Positions 1-8,619 of a DNA stretch of 64,000 nucleotides are shown piece by piece. Source of the DNA: Nostoc sp. DedSLP01. Lineage in GTDB: Bacteria; Cyanobacteriota; Cyanobacteriia; Cyanobacteriales; Nostocaceae. Within the stretch, counting starts at the first letter, position 1. Each line of letters opens with the position of its first letter. Location of the stretch: contig JAVRCJ020000008.1 in assembly GCA_034530875.2 (NCBI GenBank), positions 1-64,000 of the forward strand, written 5' to 3'. The notes under the pieces were generated by a model, which saw nothing but the letters and a program-made list of their open reading frames with translations, ran no database searches and was not told the DNA's origin. A program made the position numbers and the translations under genes.

Positions 1-128
1 TACCTCATTTTCAGAAAGGTCTACGCGCCATGACGCTTATTCAGTCAGCATTATAGCCTTACTGTCACCCCTTCAGATTTTCAGGTTTAAATCAACAATC
101 CAAAATTTAAAATCTACAATCTAAAATT

Positions 129-205
129 TGGTGACGGGGGCAGGAGTCGAACCTGCCGATGTTCAGGTTATGAGCCTGATGAGCCACCGTTGCTCCATCC
201 CCGCA
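129..205 (-). tRNA. tRNA-Met(CAT), initiator-like, CCA encoded
   Basis: Anticodon arm TCAGG-CTCATAA-CCTGA; 1:72 mismatch (T.C); GAGC/GCTC D-stem as in initiator tRNAs. Confidence 0.85.
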
Positions 206-215
206 TACTCACCAA

Positions 216-288
216 TACCCCTGACTGGATTTGAACCAGCAACCTCTTCGTTCTAAGCGAAGCGCCTCTTCCGTTGGGCTACAAGGGC
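216..288 (-). tRNA. tRNA-Leu(TAG), short variable loop
   Basis: Anticodon arm CTTCG-CTTAGAA-CGAAG; A73. Confidence 0.88.
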
Positions 289-292
289 GAAG

Positions 293-365
293 TCTGAGTG
301 GTAGGGATCGAACCTACGACCTGGAGTTCCCGAAACTCCCGCGCTCCCAACTGCGCCACACCCAG
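293..365 (-). tRNA. tRNA-Pro(CGG)
   Basis: Anticodon arm GGAGT-TTCGGGA-ACTCC; C1:G72, A73. Confidence 0.92.
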
Positions 366-371
366 ATATTT

Positions 372-448
<77 letters not shown>

Positions 449-452
449 TTAG

Positions 453-526
453 TACCCCTGACAGGATTTGAACCTGTAAAATCTGGACTCTGATTCCAGC
501 ACGTATGCCAGTTCCGTCACAAGGGC
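453..526 (-). tRNA. tRNA-Leu(CAG), short variable loop
   Basis: Anticodon arm CTGGA-ATCAGAG-TCCAG. Confidence 0.87.
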
Positions 527-529
527 ATA

Positions 530-603
530 TCGGGGTGACAGGATTTGAACCTGCGACATTCTGCTCCCAAAGCAGACGCGCTACCAAGCTGCGCTACACC
601 CCG
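530..603 (-). tRNA. tRNA-Pro(TGG)
   Basis: 5' CGGGGTGTAGCGCAGCTTGGTAGCGC; anticodon arm TCTGC-TTTGGGA-GCAGA. Confidence 0.93.
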
Positions 604-607
604 TTAG

Positions 608-682
608 TACTCCTGGTGGGAGTCGAACCCACAACGAAACAGATTTTAAGTCTGCCACCTCTTCCAATTGGGCTACAGGAGC
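608..682 (-). tRNA. tRNA-Leu(TAA), short variable loop, no intron
   Basis: Anticodon arm GCAGA-CTTAAAA-TCTGT. Confidence 0.88.
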
Positions 683-688
683 AAATTT

Positions 689-765
689 TGGTACTCTTGG
701 TGGGAATCGAACCCACAACTTACCGTTTTTGAGACGGCAGCCTCTTCCAGTTGGGCTACAAGAGC
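689..765 (-). tRNA. tRNA-Leu(CAA), short variable loop, CCA encoded
   Basis: Anticodon arm GCCGT-CTCAAAA-ACGGT. Confidence 0.88.
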
Positions 766-773
766 AAGTTTGA

Positions 774-846
774 CAGCCCCGCCAGGACTCGAACCTGGAA
801 TCATCGCCTTCAAAGGGCGCTATGTTGCCAATTACACCACAGGGCT
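774..846 (-). tRNA. tRNA-Gln(TTG)
   Basis: Anticodon loop CTTTGAA closed by CGCC/GGCG; G73. Confidence 0.88.
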
Positions 847-849
847 TTA

Positions 850-922
850 TTGCCAGGGCAGGGTTTGAACCTGCAACCTCATCGTTCAGAGCGATGCGAC
901 TTCCCAATTCGTCCACCCGGCA
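850..922 (-). tRNA. tRNA-Gln(CTG)
   Basis: Anticodon arm CATCG-CTCTGAA-CGATG; T1:A72. Confidence 0.88.
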
Positions 923-1053
923 AGGAAATAACAGAGGAGTTAGAAGTCAGAATTCAGAATTAGTGAATACTCTACCCATGAAAGGTTGGTTTAGTTTTCA
1001 ACAAAATTCATGCTGAATTCTGACTCCTGAGTTCTGAATTCTTCTTCGAGAAA

Positions 1054-1128
<75 letters not shown>

Positions 1129-1134
1129 ACGAAG

Positions 1135-1208
1135 CCCCCCAGGTCGGAATCGAACCGACGACCTCCTGTTCTTCAGACAGGCGCTACTACCAACTGAGCT
1201 ACCGGGGG
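1135..1208 (-). tRNA. tRNA-Phe(GAA)
   Basis: Anticodon arm CCTGT-CTGAAGA-ACAGG; atypical C1:G72 and G73. Confidence 0.87.
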
Positions 1209-1299
1209 ATAATACCAATTCAAAATTAAGAAATTCAGATAATACCTGGGTTTGAGGGTTTATATCTGTTGCTTGATGAGAGGAGAATTGGTATGAGAA

Positions 1300-1366
1300 G
1301 GAGAGATGGGTATTACCCAGTGGACTGGTTTAATTCAACTCGAATCAGCCACTCCATCATCTCTCC
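1300..1366 (-). pseudogene. tRNA-like remnant with a Ser-type acceptor stem
   Basis: GGAGAGA/TCTCTCC acceptor stem and GGAGAGATG start; shrunken T-like arm TGGGT-AAT-ACCCA; no canonical anticodon arm. Confidence 0.45.
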
Positions 1367-1373
1367 CATGTAA

Positions 1374-1448
1374 CGAGAGTGGAGGGATTTGAACCCTCAT
1401 GTCTTCAGTTTCGTAGACTGAGATGTTATCCAGTTACACCACACTCTC
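1374..1448 (-). tRNA. tRNA-Arg(ACG)
   Basis: Anticodon arm TCAGT-CTACGAA-ACTGA. Confidence 0.9.
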
Positions 1449-1452
1449 AAGG

Positions 1453-1542
1453 CGGAGAGGACAGGATTTGAACCTGCGACGGATATTAACTATCCGCTTC
1501 CTCTTAGCAGGAGGACGCTTTGAGCCACTCAGCCACCTCTCC
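1453..1542 (-). tRNA. tRNA-Ser(GCT), long variable arm
   Basis: Anticodon arm TCCTC-CTGCTAA-GAGGA; variable stem CGGATA/TATCCG; G73. Confidence 0.94.
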
Positions 1543-1546
1543 ACAG

Positions 1547-1629
1547 TGGGTCGAGCAGGATTTGAACCTGCGTGCACAATAGAACAGTTTTACAGACTGT
1601 CGCCTTCAACCAGACTCGGCCATCGACCC
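1547..1629 (-). tRNA. tRNA-Tyr(GTA)
   Basis: Anticodon arm ACAGT-CTGTAAA-ACTGT; extended variable region. Confidence 0.92.
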
Positions 1630-1689
1630 ATGATGAATTTTAGATTTTAGATTTTGGATTTTTGATGAAATATTCCAAATTTCAAATCA

Positions 1690-1761
1690 TTCCCTCGACG
1701 AGAATTGAACTCGCATCTTTGCTTTGAAAGAGCAATGACTTAACCATTCGTCCACGAGGGC
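1690..1761 (-). tRNA. tRNA-Glu(TTC)
   Basis: Anticodon arm TTGCT-CTTTCAA-AGCAA; G1.A72 mismatch. Confidence 0.85.
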
Positions 1762-1850
1762 AGAATTGAGAGAATTTTAGATTTTAAATTTTGGATTTTA
1801 GATTAGAAATTTAATCTAAAATCGGCAATCCAAAATCCAAAATTGTCTGA

Positions 1851-1922
1851 CGCAGGGACTAGGATTTGAACCCAGAACATCGGATTTGGAGTCACGAGGT
1901 GTTACCATTACACCATCCCTGC
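1851..1922 (-). tRNA. tRNA-Trp(CCA)
   Basis: Anticodon loop CTCCAAA with an imperfect anticodon stem; G73. Confidence 0.82.
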
Positions 1923-1925
1923 ATT

Positions 1926-2000
1926 TGGTAGCAGTGGCGGGACTTGAACCCGCATCGACCCGGTTATGAGCCGGGGGCTTTACCGTTAAGCTACACTGCG
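1926..2000 (-). tRNA. tRNA with CAT anticodon (Met or Ile2, identity unresolved), CCA encoded
   Basis: Anticodon arm CCCGG-CTCATAA-CCGGG; C1.T72 mismatch. Confidence 0.85.
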
Positions 2001-2007
2001 GCACCAG

Positions 2008-2080
2008 AGGCTGAGGTGAGATTTGAACTCACGATGTCGGTTTTGCAGACCAATGCCTTCAACCACTTGGCTACTCAGCC
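2008..2080 (-). tRNA. tRNA-Cys(GCA)
   Basis: Anticodon loop CTGCAAA; U73 discriminator. Confidence 0.93.
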
Positions 2081-2083
2081 GTT

Positions 2084-2260
2084 TGGGAGTCCCGACGAGA
2101 CTTGCACTCGCAATCTTCAGCTTGAGGAGGCAGCGCGTTGCTGAGGTTCCCGACGCTCGAAGACTCGCTCTAAGCGAAGCCATGCCGAAGGCTTTACGCT
2201 GCGCTATCCGTTGTAGCGACTGCCGTGGGCTGACGGCTTCAACTATTCGCCTACGAGACT
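2084..2260 (-). pseudogene. tRNA, probably Glu(CTC), interrupted in the anticodon loop by a 100-nt insertion
   Basis: Removing 2127-2226 restores a 77-nt cloverleaf with AGTCTCG/CGGGACT acceptor, TCAGC-CCCTCAA-GCTGA anticodon arm and encoded CCA. Confidence 0.8.
2127..2226. mobile_element. Nested small dispersed repeat (SDR-like) insertion
   Basis: GC-rich palindromic GAGGCAGCGCGTTGC...GTAGCGACTGCCGT shell with internal hairpin elements; same GAGG...CCGT architecture as 63150-63267. Confidence 0.75.
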
Positions 2261-2264
2261 TCAA

Positions 2265-2338
2265 CCAGGGTGACGGGACTTGAACCCGCAACATTTCCGC
2301 AGACAACGGAACGCTCTAGCCAATTGAGCTACACCCCG
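2265..2338 (-). tRNA. tRNA-Asp(GTC), first gene of the array
   Basis: Anticodon arm TTCCG-TTGTCTG-CGGAA; G73. Confidence 0.88.
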
Positions 2339-2416
2339 ATTTTTCGGAATATGTGCCTAAAATTTGAGGTTTTTAGGCACATGTTTTGTTGGTGAACTTG
2401 CCCATTTCTTATTCAG

Positions 2417-2428
2417 TTTTCAAGGTTC
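2417..2428 (-). promoter_or_regulatory. boxA-like antitermination element in the tRNA array leader
   Basis: Minus strand reads GAACCTTGAAAA(CTGAATA), matching the cyanobacterial rrn boxA. Confidence 0.7.
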
Positions 2429-2685
2429 AGAAAAGTTGATTTTTTGTGTTACAAACTATTAGTAAAACAACGAAAATTCTAGGTAATAAACCTGTTGTAT
2501 ATTCCTGATATATTCCGTCGTTTGAATGAGTGCAAACTTAGAACTTTTTTCGTTTGTTGCTTCTACTTCCGATGATTTGCAAGTAGCAGCAGCTTTGTTA
2601 TTTGCAGACTTTGGTTTATTCCAACGTCTGTCCTGGAGTTGTATGTAGAACATGACTTTGACCCTTGCGAAGCTTGTCTTTCGCT

Positions 2686-2726
2686 TCACTACATATATAC
2701 TACATAATACTACAAAAGAGTGTCAA
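2686..2726 (-). promoter_or_regulatory. Sigma70-type promoter of the tRNA array overlapped by three direct repeats (putative TrcR-type repressor operator)
   Basis: TTGACA (2726-2721)-N18-TAGTAT (2702-2697); TGTAGTAT at 2714-2707 and 2704-2697, TGTAGTGA at 2693-2686. Confidence 0.8.
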
Positions 2727-2976
2727 GGGGTTTCAGAAAAATTTTTTGAAGTTGCCTATAAGAGCTTCTGTGCTTAGATTTGAACTTACTAAGGACGCTA
2801 AAAAATTGCACTACAACTGATGTTGGATAAGTTTAAAAGAGAATTCACCAATTCAGCAGTGCTTGAAGTCAAGATTTAGAACTTCCACCCAGAAGCACCA
2901 CCTTTATTGAAATTTGGTTTGGTGTGCACCCTCAATTCATTCACCAGTCAAACTTCGACTCAATTGGAGAATTCTG

Positions 2977-2998
2977 TTAGCGAAGCGGGGCGAAGCCC
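2977..2998. repeat. 22-nt SDR-like element inserted in a GAATTCTG STRR tract
   Basis: Reverse complement GGGCTTCGCCCCGCTTCGCTAA matches the copy at 49090-49111; both follow CAGAAT. Confidence 0.6.
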
Positions 2999-3096
2999 AT
3001 TCTGACTCCTGAATTCTTTCTTCTTAAAAACTCCATCGGTACGTTTTGCTCGGTATGATATTTAATCTGCAAGCATTTACCCAATAGAAACGAGCT

Positions 3097-4185
3097 ATGA
3101 CCCAGAACTACCGCATTACCCTACTCCCCGGCGATGGCATTGGCCCTGAAATTATGGCAGTGGCGGTAGATGTGCTGAAAGTTGTAGGGAACAAGTTTGA
3201 TATTCAGTTTGAATTCCAAGAAGCCCTCATCGGTGGTGCAGCAATTGACGCCACAGGCGAACCTCTGCCTTCTGCGACTTTAGATACTTGCCGTAATAGC
3301 GATGCTGTATTACTTGCTGCCATTGGTGGCTACAAGTGGGATTCTCTACCATCGAATTTACGCCCAGAAGCAGGTTTATTAGGGCTACGTGCGGGTTTGG
3401 AATTATTTGCCAATTTACGCCCAGCGAAAATTTTGCCTCAGCTAATTGATGCTTCGACTTTGAAGCGCGAAGTTGTGGAAGGTGTGGATATTATGGTGGT
3501 GCGCGAACTCACTGGTGGCATTTATTTCGGGAAACCAAAGGGAATTTTTGCTACTGAAACTGGTGAAAAACGCGGTGTAAATACAATGGTTTACACTGAA
3601 TCGGAAATCGATCGCATTGGAAGAGTAGCTTTTGAAGCAGCCCGCAAACGTGGCAAAAAGCTCTGTTCGGTTGATAAGGCTAATGTATTAGAAGTATCTC
3701 AGCTGTGGCGCGATCGCATTACCCAACTTTCCCCAGAATATCCAGACGTTGAACTGTCTCATCTTTATGTAGATAATGCCGCTATGCAGTTGGTACGCGC
3801 TCCCAAGCAATTCGATACCATTGTTACGGGCAACTTATTTGGCGATATTCTCTCTGATGCTGCTGCCATGCTCACAGGTAGTATTGGTATGCTGCCTTCC
3901 GCTAGTTTAGGTGCCCAGGGGCCTGGTGTATTTGAACCAGTTCATGGTTCCGCCCCAGATATCGCAGGACAAGATAAGGCAAATCCTCTAGCACAGGTTT
4001 TGAGTGTGGCGATGATGTTACGCTACGGTTTAAATGAGCCAAAAGCCGCAGACAGTATAGAGCAAGCCGTACTACAAGTTTTAGAACAAGGCGATCGCAC
4101 AGGAGATATATTTTCACCAGGAAAAAATCTTTTAGGTTGCCGTGCTATGGGCAATGCGCTGATCCTAGCCCTTGAAGCTCAATAA
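3097..4185 (+). CDS. leuB: 3-isopropylmalate dehydrogenase
   Basis: [25 protein letters not shown] and [12 protein letters not shown] motifs. Confidence 0.98.
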   Translation: MTQNYRITLLPGDGIGPEIMAVAVDVLKVVGNKFDIQFEFQEALIGGAAIDATGEPLPSATLDTCRNSDAVLLAAIGGYKWDSLPSNLRPEAGLLGLRAGLELFANLRPAKILPQLIDASTLKREVVEGVDIMVVRELTGGIYFGKPKGIFATETGEKRGVNTMVYTESEIDRIGRVAFEAARKRGKKLCSVDKANVLEVSQLWRDRITQLSPEYPDVELSHLYVDNAAMQLVRAPKQFDTIVTGNLFGDILSDAAAMLTGSIGMLPSASLGAQGPGVFEPVHGSAPDIAGQDKANPLAQVLSVAMMLRYGLNEPKAADSIEQAVLQVLEQGDRTGDIFSPGKNLLGCRAMGNALILALEAQ

Positions 4186-4275
4186 TTTACTACTTCAAAC
4201 TGGCCAATTTGGCAACCTTTATCATAAGTTTCGGGTAGACTAGAGAGAAATCTAGCAATCAAATAACAGTCGATA

Positions 4276-4536
4276 GTGTACGCATTACGACAAGGCCAAA
4301 CTAATTTTACAGCTCCGAGGAACCAGTCACCTTTGATTGATATCGCCGTAATCAGAGCTGCTGGGCAGATTTACTATACTTACTGTGAAGTACACCCCGA
4401 AATAGCTGGGCAACCTTCCGGTGTAGCAATTAATCGCGTAACTCATCGAGGTAAGGTGATTTTTACTAACCACCCAGTTCTCTTGCCTCAAGAGTGTTTT
4501 GTTCCGTTGAGCCAAATTGAATCGCACATGTATTAG
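4276..4536 (+). CDS. Small hypothetical protein (86 aa)
   Basis: Protein-like ORF co-oriented between leuB and pilD. Confidence 0.7.
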   Translation: MYALRQGQTNFTAPRNQSPLIDIAVIRAAGQIYYTYCEVHPEIAGQPSGVAINRVTHRGKVIFTNHPVLLPQECFVPLSQIESHMY

Positions 4537-4656
4537 TCATTGGTCATTAGTCATTAGTCATTAGTCATTAGTCCAGGACAAGCATCCTTAACCCTCGACA
4601 AAGGGTAAATGACAAACGATAAATGACAAAGGACAAATGACAAAGGACAAATGACT
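4534..4656. repeat. STRR heptamer tracts (TAGTCAT and AAATGAC/AAAGGAC) in inverted arrangement
   Basis: Tandem 7-mers visible directly. Confidence 0.85.
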
Positions 4657-4658
4657 AT

Positions 4659-5480
4659 ATGGACATTTTGTTCGCCGTTGTGGCGAGTTTAATTGTCTTT
4701 GCTTTGGGTGCATCTGTTGGCAGTTTTATCAATGTTGTTGTTTATCGGCTACCTGCTGGGTTGTCAATTCTTTGGCCGCCTTCTCGTTGTCCGCATTGCT
4801 TAAACCAGCTAAAAGCTTACGACAATGTACCAGTCTTCGGCTGGATTTCCTTAAAAGGGCGGTGTCGATATTGCAAAAGCAAAATTTCTCTCCGTTATCC
4901 TGTGGTAGAAGGGGTAACGGGAATAATTTTTTTAGTAGTTTTTTTGGTATTTAAAGTTTCAATTTTAACAATCGGCTATTGGGCTTTTTGCAGTTGGTTA
5001 CTGGCGCTATCGCTGATTGATTTGGATACAATGACGCTACCCAATGCACTTACTCAGTCTGGTTTGGTAGTGGGCATTTTATTTCAAATGCTTATTGGTT
5101 TTTTAACAGAGGCTAGTTCTGTAGCACTAGCGAATCACTTGATGATGGGCATAGTTGGCGCAGTATTGGGCTTATGGTTGTTTGATGCGATCGCCATATT
5201 AGGTTCAATTGCCTTTGGAAAAGCCGCAATGGGCGCTGGTGACGCCAAATTAGCAGCAATGATGGGAGCCTGGTTAGGCTGGAAATATTTGCTCTTGGCT
5301 AGTTTTATTGCCTGTGGATTGGGAGCATTAGTAGGTAGCGGTGCGATTGTGCGATCGCGTCACAAATTCGGACAAAAGATGCCTTTCGGGCCTTTTCTCG
5401 CTTTAGGGTCTGTAATTACTGTATTTCTTGGCGATGCCATTTTATCTAGCTACCTACGGTTATTTTTTCCAGCGTCATAA
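4659..5480 (+). CDS. pilD: Prepilin peptidase / N-methyltransferase
   Basis: GSFINVVVYRLP, two CxxC motifs, MGAGDAKL, PFGPFL. Confidence 0.95.
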   Translation: MDILFAVVASLIVFALGASVGSFINVVVYRLPAGLSILWPPSRCPHCLNQLKAYDNVPVFGWISLKGRCRYCKSKISLRYPVVEGVTGIIFLVVFLVFKVSILTIGYWAFCSWLLALSLIDLDTMTLPNALTQSGLVVGILFQMLIGFLTEASSVALANHLMMGIVGAVLGLWLFDAIAILGSIAFGKAAMGAGDAKLAAMMGAWLGWKYLLLASFIACGLGALVGSGAIVRSRHKFGQKMPFGPFLALGSVITVFLGDAILSSYLRLFFPAS

Positions 5481-6000
5481 CTTGGGGACTGGGGACAAGG
5501 GGAATAGTTCTAAATCCTCAGTCAACAGTCAACATTCCCCATGCCCATTTTTATAATTCGTGACTGTAACTTGCATTACCCCATTAGCCCTTCATATTTT
5601 GATAATATTCAGCTCGTAACTTGGATTACCCTCTTAAGAACGATTGACTGTTGGCAACCACAACTAATAAAAGAGATAGCGATCGCTTATGACTTAGGAC
5701 AAAAAATAATTAATTTGCGTGGGAGAGGGTAAGCATCTTATTTGGAGGTTAGTATTTGGATGGCTTTGTGAATAAGTTTATATAAAAAGTCGTCTAAAAA
5801 AATAGCAAGAGACTTGTATTGGTATAAGTATTTTCGTTAAGCTGGCAACCAAAGATGAAAATTAAGGTCTGAATTGCTTAAAAGCTTAATTTGATCGTGT
5901 AGTCATTAATTGTTGGTAAAAACAATTGCTTAATGGCTAAGGACAACCCGATAGGGCTTCAGATGGTTTCGACCTCATACCCACTTAAAATAAGATAAAA

Positions 6001-6951
6001 ATGGCTAACAACGAAGAATCACGCGGTTTAAAGTCTCTATTTGATTGGTTTGCAAATCGACGGAAATCAGGATCTACCAACCTGGAACGCCAAGAACGTG
6101 AAATTGCTGACGGCCTGTGGCATAAATGTTCTAGTTGTGGCGTATTAACATACACAAAAGACCTGAGAGCTAATCAAATGGTTTGTGTAGAATGCGGCCA
6201 TCACAATCGTGTAGATAGCGATGAGCGTATCCGTCAATTAATAGATCGCGATACTTGGAAACCTCTAGACGAGCATTTGCGTCCAACAGATCCGCTACAA
6301 TTTCGCGATCGCAAACCATATAGCGATCGCTTACGGGAAACTCAGGAAAAAATTGGCTTAATAGACGCAGTTAAAACTGGTTTGGGCCAAATCAACGGTT
6401 TGCCTGTTGCCCTTGGCGTTATGGACTTCCGCTTCATGGGTGGTAGTATGGGTTCGGTTGTGGGAGAAAGACTCACCCGCTTAATTGAGCAAGCCACTCA
6501 ACGGCGATACCCTGTAGTTATTGTCTGCACCTCCGGCGGTGCGAGAATGCAAGAAGGAATGCTTTCCCTGATGCAGATGGCGAAAATCTCCGCAGCTCTA
6601 CAGCGCCATCAAGACGCACGACTGTTGTATATTCCTGTTTTGACAAATCCCACAACAGGCGGCGTTACCGCTAGCTTTGCAATGTTGGGCGATATTATTT
6701 TGGCAGAACCCAAGGCAACCATTGGTTTTGCAGGTCGGCGAGTGATTGAGCAAACCTTACGCGAAAAACTGCCTGATGATTTCCAAACTGCTGAAGATTT
6801 ACTCCTACACGGCTTTGTCGATGATATTGTGCCGCGTACCCAATTAAAGAATACCTTAGCCCAGCTGATTGCCTTACACCAGCCTGTGCTAACACCGCCC
6901 CACATGGTGTTATGGGAAACAATGTCTTTGACTTCTACTGCCGCAGAATAG
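6001..6951 (+). CDS. accD: Acetyl-CoA carboxylase carboxyltransferase beta subunit
   Basis: C4 zinc finger, [32 protein letters not shown]. Confidence 0.98.
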   Translation: MANNEESRGLKSLFDWFANRRKSGSTNLERQEREIADGLWHKCSSCGVLTYTKDLRANQMVCVECGHHNRVDSDERIRQLIDRDTWKPLDEHLRPTDPLQFRDRKPYSDRLRETQEKIGLIDAVKTGLGQINGLPVALGVMDFRFMGGSMGSVVGERLTRLIEQATQRRYPVVIVCTSGGARMQEGMLSLMQMAKISAALQRHQDARLLYIPVLTNPTTGGVTASFAMLGDIILAEPKATIGFAGRRVIEQTLREKLPDDFQTAEDLLLHGFVDDIVPRTQLKNTLAQLIALHQPVLTPPHMVLWETMSLTSTAAE

Positions 6952-7083
6952 AGTATGGGGCATGGGGCAAGCAGGCAGTGTGGGGAGTGTGGGGAGTAGG
7001 GGAAGTGAGGGAAGAAACAGAGTTATACTTCCCACACCTCCCTCTCCTCCCGCACTTCCCTATCACCCCATCTCCCCATCTCC

Positions 7084-8619
7084 CTATCCTCTTTCCGGTT
7101 CTTGGGTAAAAATTAAGGGAATCAAGGCTGTTAGTCGAAATACAGTAGAGACAACAAATAACGCCAAAGATCCTCCAGATTGAGTAAATTGTAAGATGAA
7201 GCTGCCTATGGTTGTGCCCAAAGCACCACTTGCCCCAGCAACGGCAGCTGCGATCGCAAAATAGATAGACTGATTTTTAATCGGCGCAATCCCTAATTGA
7301 ATATTGTTATTACATAAGTCCATTGCTGCCCCTGTACCTCCAATCAAGATATGTAACAGTGGCAACCACAGCCAGATATCAAGACGATTAACACCAATCC
7401 CCAGCCACAGCAATGGTGTAGTTGCAACCAAAATTCCACCAAAAAGCAGGATGGAACGATTACCGATTTTGTCTGCTAATTTCCCCCACACAATCAACAT
7501 CAGCAAATTCGCCCCAGCCTGGAGGCTGGTGTAGATAGTTACATAGCTAACATTAAGATCCAGACTGTCCAGCATATAGAAGTTGAAAAAAGGAGCGCTG
7601 AGGTTAAAAGCCAGCGTCCACAAGCCGAAATACAAAAGAAATCTTAAAAAGTTAGGGTTTTTCCAAATACTGTTAGTTAAGTGATTTTCTGGGGAAGATT
7701 CATTGAAAGCCGCGGGTAACTCCATCTGCTCGTGGGTAGTCGAGGTTGCTGCTTCCGCCGTTTGAGGCTTATGGCTTATGGCATTGGTAACTTCTTTCCC
7801 ATGCCCAAAAACTTCATCCGCTTGTGGGTGAAGTTGTTCATTTGTTGTAGTGTTTGATTGAATCTCACTACTTTGAGTTAACTTGCCAACATAAGTGTTT
7901 TGCGATAGCGGATTCATATCCACTTGAAAATACTGACACCCTAGCCCTACAATTCCAAAAATCATACTCAACAGCAGAATCACCCCATAGCCTTGGATAA
8001 CTCCGCCATACCAATGAGATACAACAAAACCAGCTATTGGTAGGCAAATCAAATTGGTGAGGCTAGCGGCACTATTGCGTATTCCAAAATACCTGCCTCG
8101 CAATTGCCGGGGAACGATGGTTGCCAACCAACTTAGCCAAGATGCGGCTCCTAGTCCTGCTAAAAGATTGGTCAATAGAAGAATTAAGAGTGTTAATATT
8201 ACTAGCTGATTATTGTTTAATAATCCCCAGCTGGTGGCTGCGATCGCAATTACTAAAATCAGCCACAATAAGCGAGCAATTCCGTGTGTCCGCAGTGCAT
8301 ACTGAAAGCGGCTGGTACTGCGTTCGGATAAGTAAGCACCCAACGGCTGAATTAGATTAACTAGCATAGGGATAGAAGACAACATCCCAAATACCACCGG
8401 ACTAGCATCTAATTCCACTAATAAATTGGCAAGTAATATCCCGCTAGTACCAATTGAATAAACCGCTGCTAAAACAGAATCTACTGTAGAGGCTCTTAAA
8501 CTTGTGCGAATAGCATCCTTGGGAATGCGAGAAGGTACAGAAACTGCTGTTGGCGGTGTAGTAATCTGGGTAATTTCCTGACTCAGAGGCGTAGATATTT
8601 CAACCGGAACAAAATCCAT
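7084..8619 (-). CDS. MFS transporter
   Basis: About 12 hydrophobic segments in two halves with a long central loop; WGKLADKIGNR motif A. Confidence 0.88.
   Translation of the reverse strand: MDFVPVEISTPLSQEITQITTPPTAVSVPSRIPKDAIRTSLRASTVDSVLAAVYSIGTSGILLANLLVELDASPVVFGMLSSIPMLVNLIQPLGAYLSERSTSRFQYALRTHGIARLLWLILVIAIAATSWGLLNNNQLVILTLLILLLTNLLAGLGAASWLSWLATIVPRQLRGRYFGIRNSAASLTNLICLPIAGFVVSHWYGGVIQGYGVILLLSMIFGIVGLGCQYFQVDMNPLSQNTYVGKLTQSSEIQSNTTTNEQLHPQADEVFGHGKEVTNAISHKPQTAEAATSTTHEQMELPAAFNESSPENHLTNSIWKNPNFLRFLLYFGLWTLAFNLSAPFFNFYMLDSLDLNVSYVTIYTSLQAGANLLMLIVWGKLADKIGNRSILLFGGILVATTPLLWLGIGVNRLDIWLWLPLLHILIGGTGAAMDLCNNNIQLGIAPIKNQSIYFAIAAAVAGASGALGTTIGSFILQFTQSGGSLALFVVSTVFRLTALIPLIFTQEPERG

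Noticed and set aside
2127..2226. Group I intron in the tRNA anticodon loop
   Set aside because: Only 100 nt, no P/Q/R/S core visible, and it resembles dispersed repeats elsewhere in the window
2459..2689. 76-aa minus-strand ORF in the tRNA operon leader
   Set aside because: Starts at the predicted +1 within a hairpin, has no RBS and no recognisable motif (not an RHH/TrcR protein); a leader peptide cannot be excluded but is unsupported
6912..7183. Short ORFs across GGGGAGT/CCCCAT-type repeats (also 12712-12957, 25435-25683, 61613-61848)
   Set aside because: Translations of intergenic STRR hairpins
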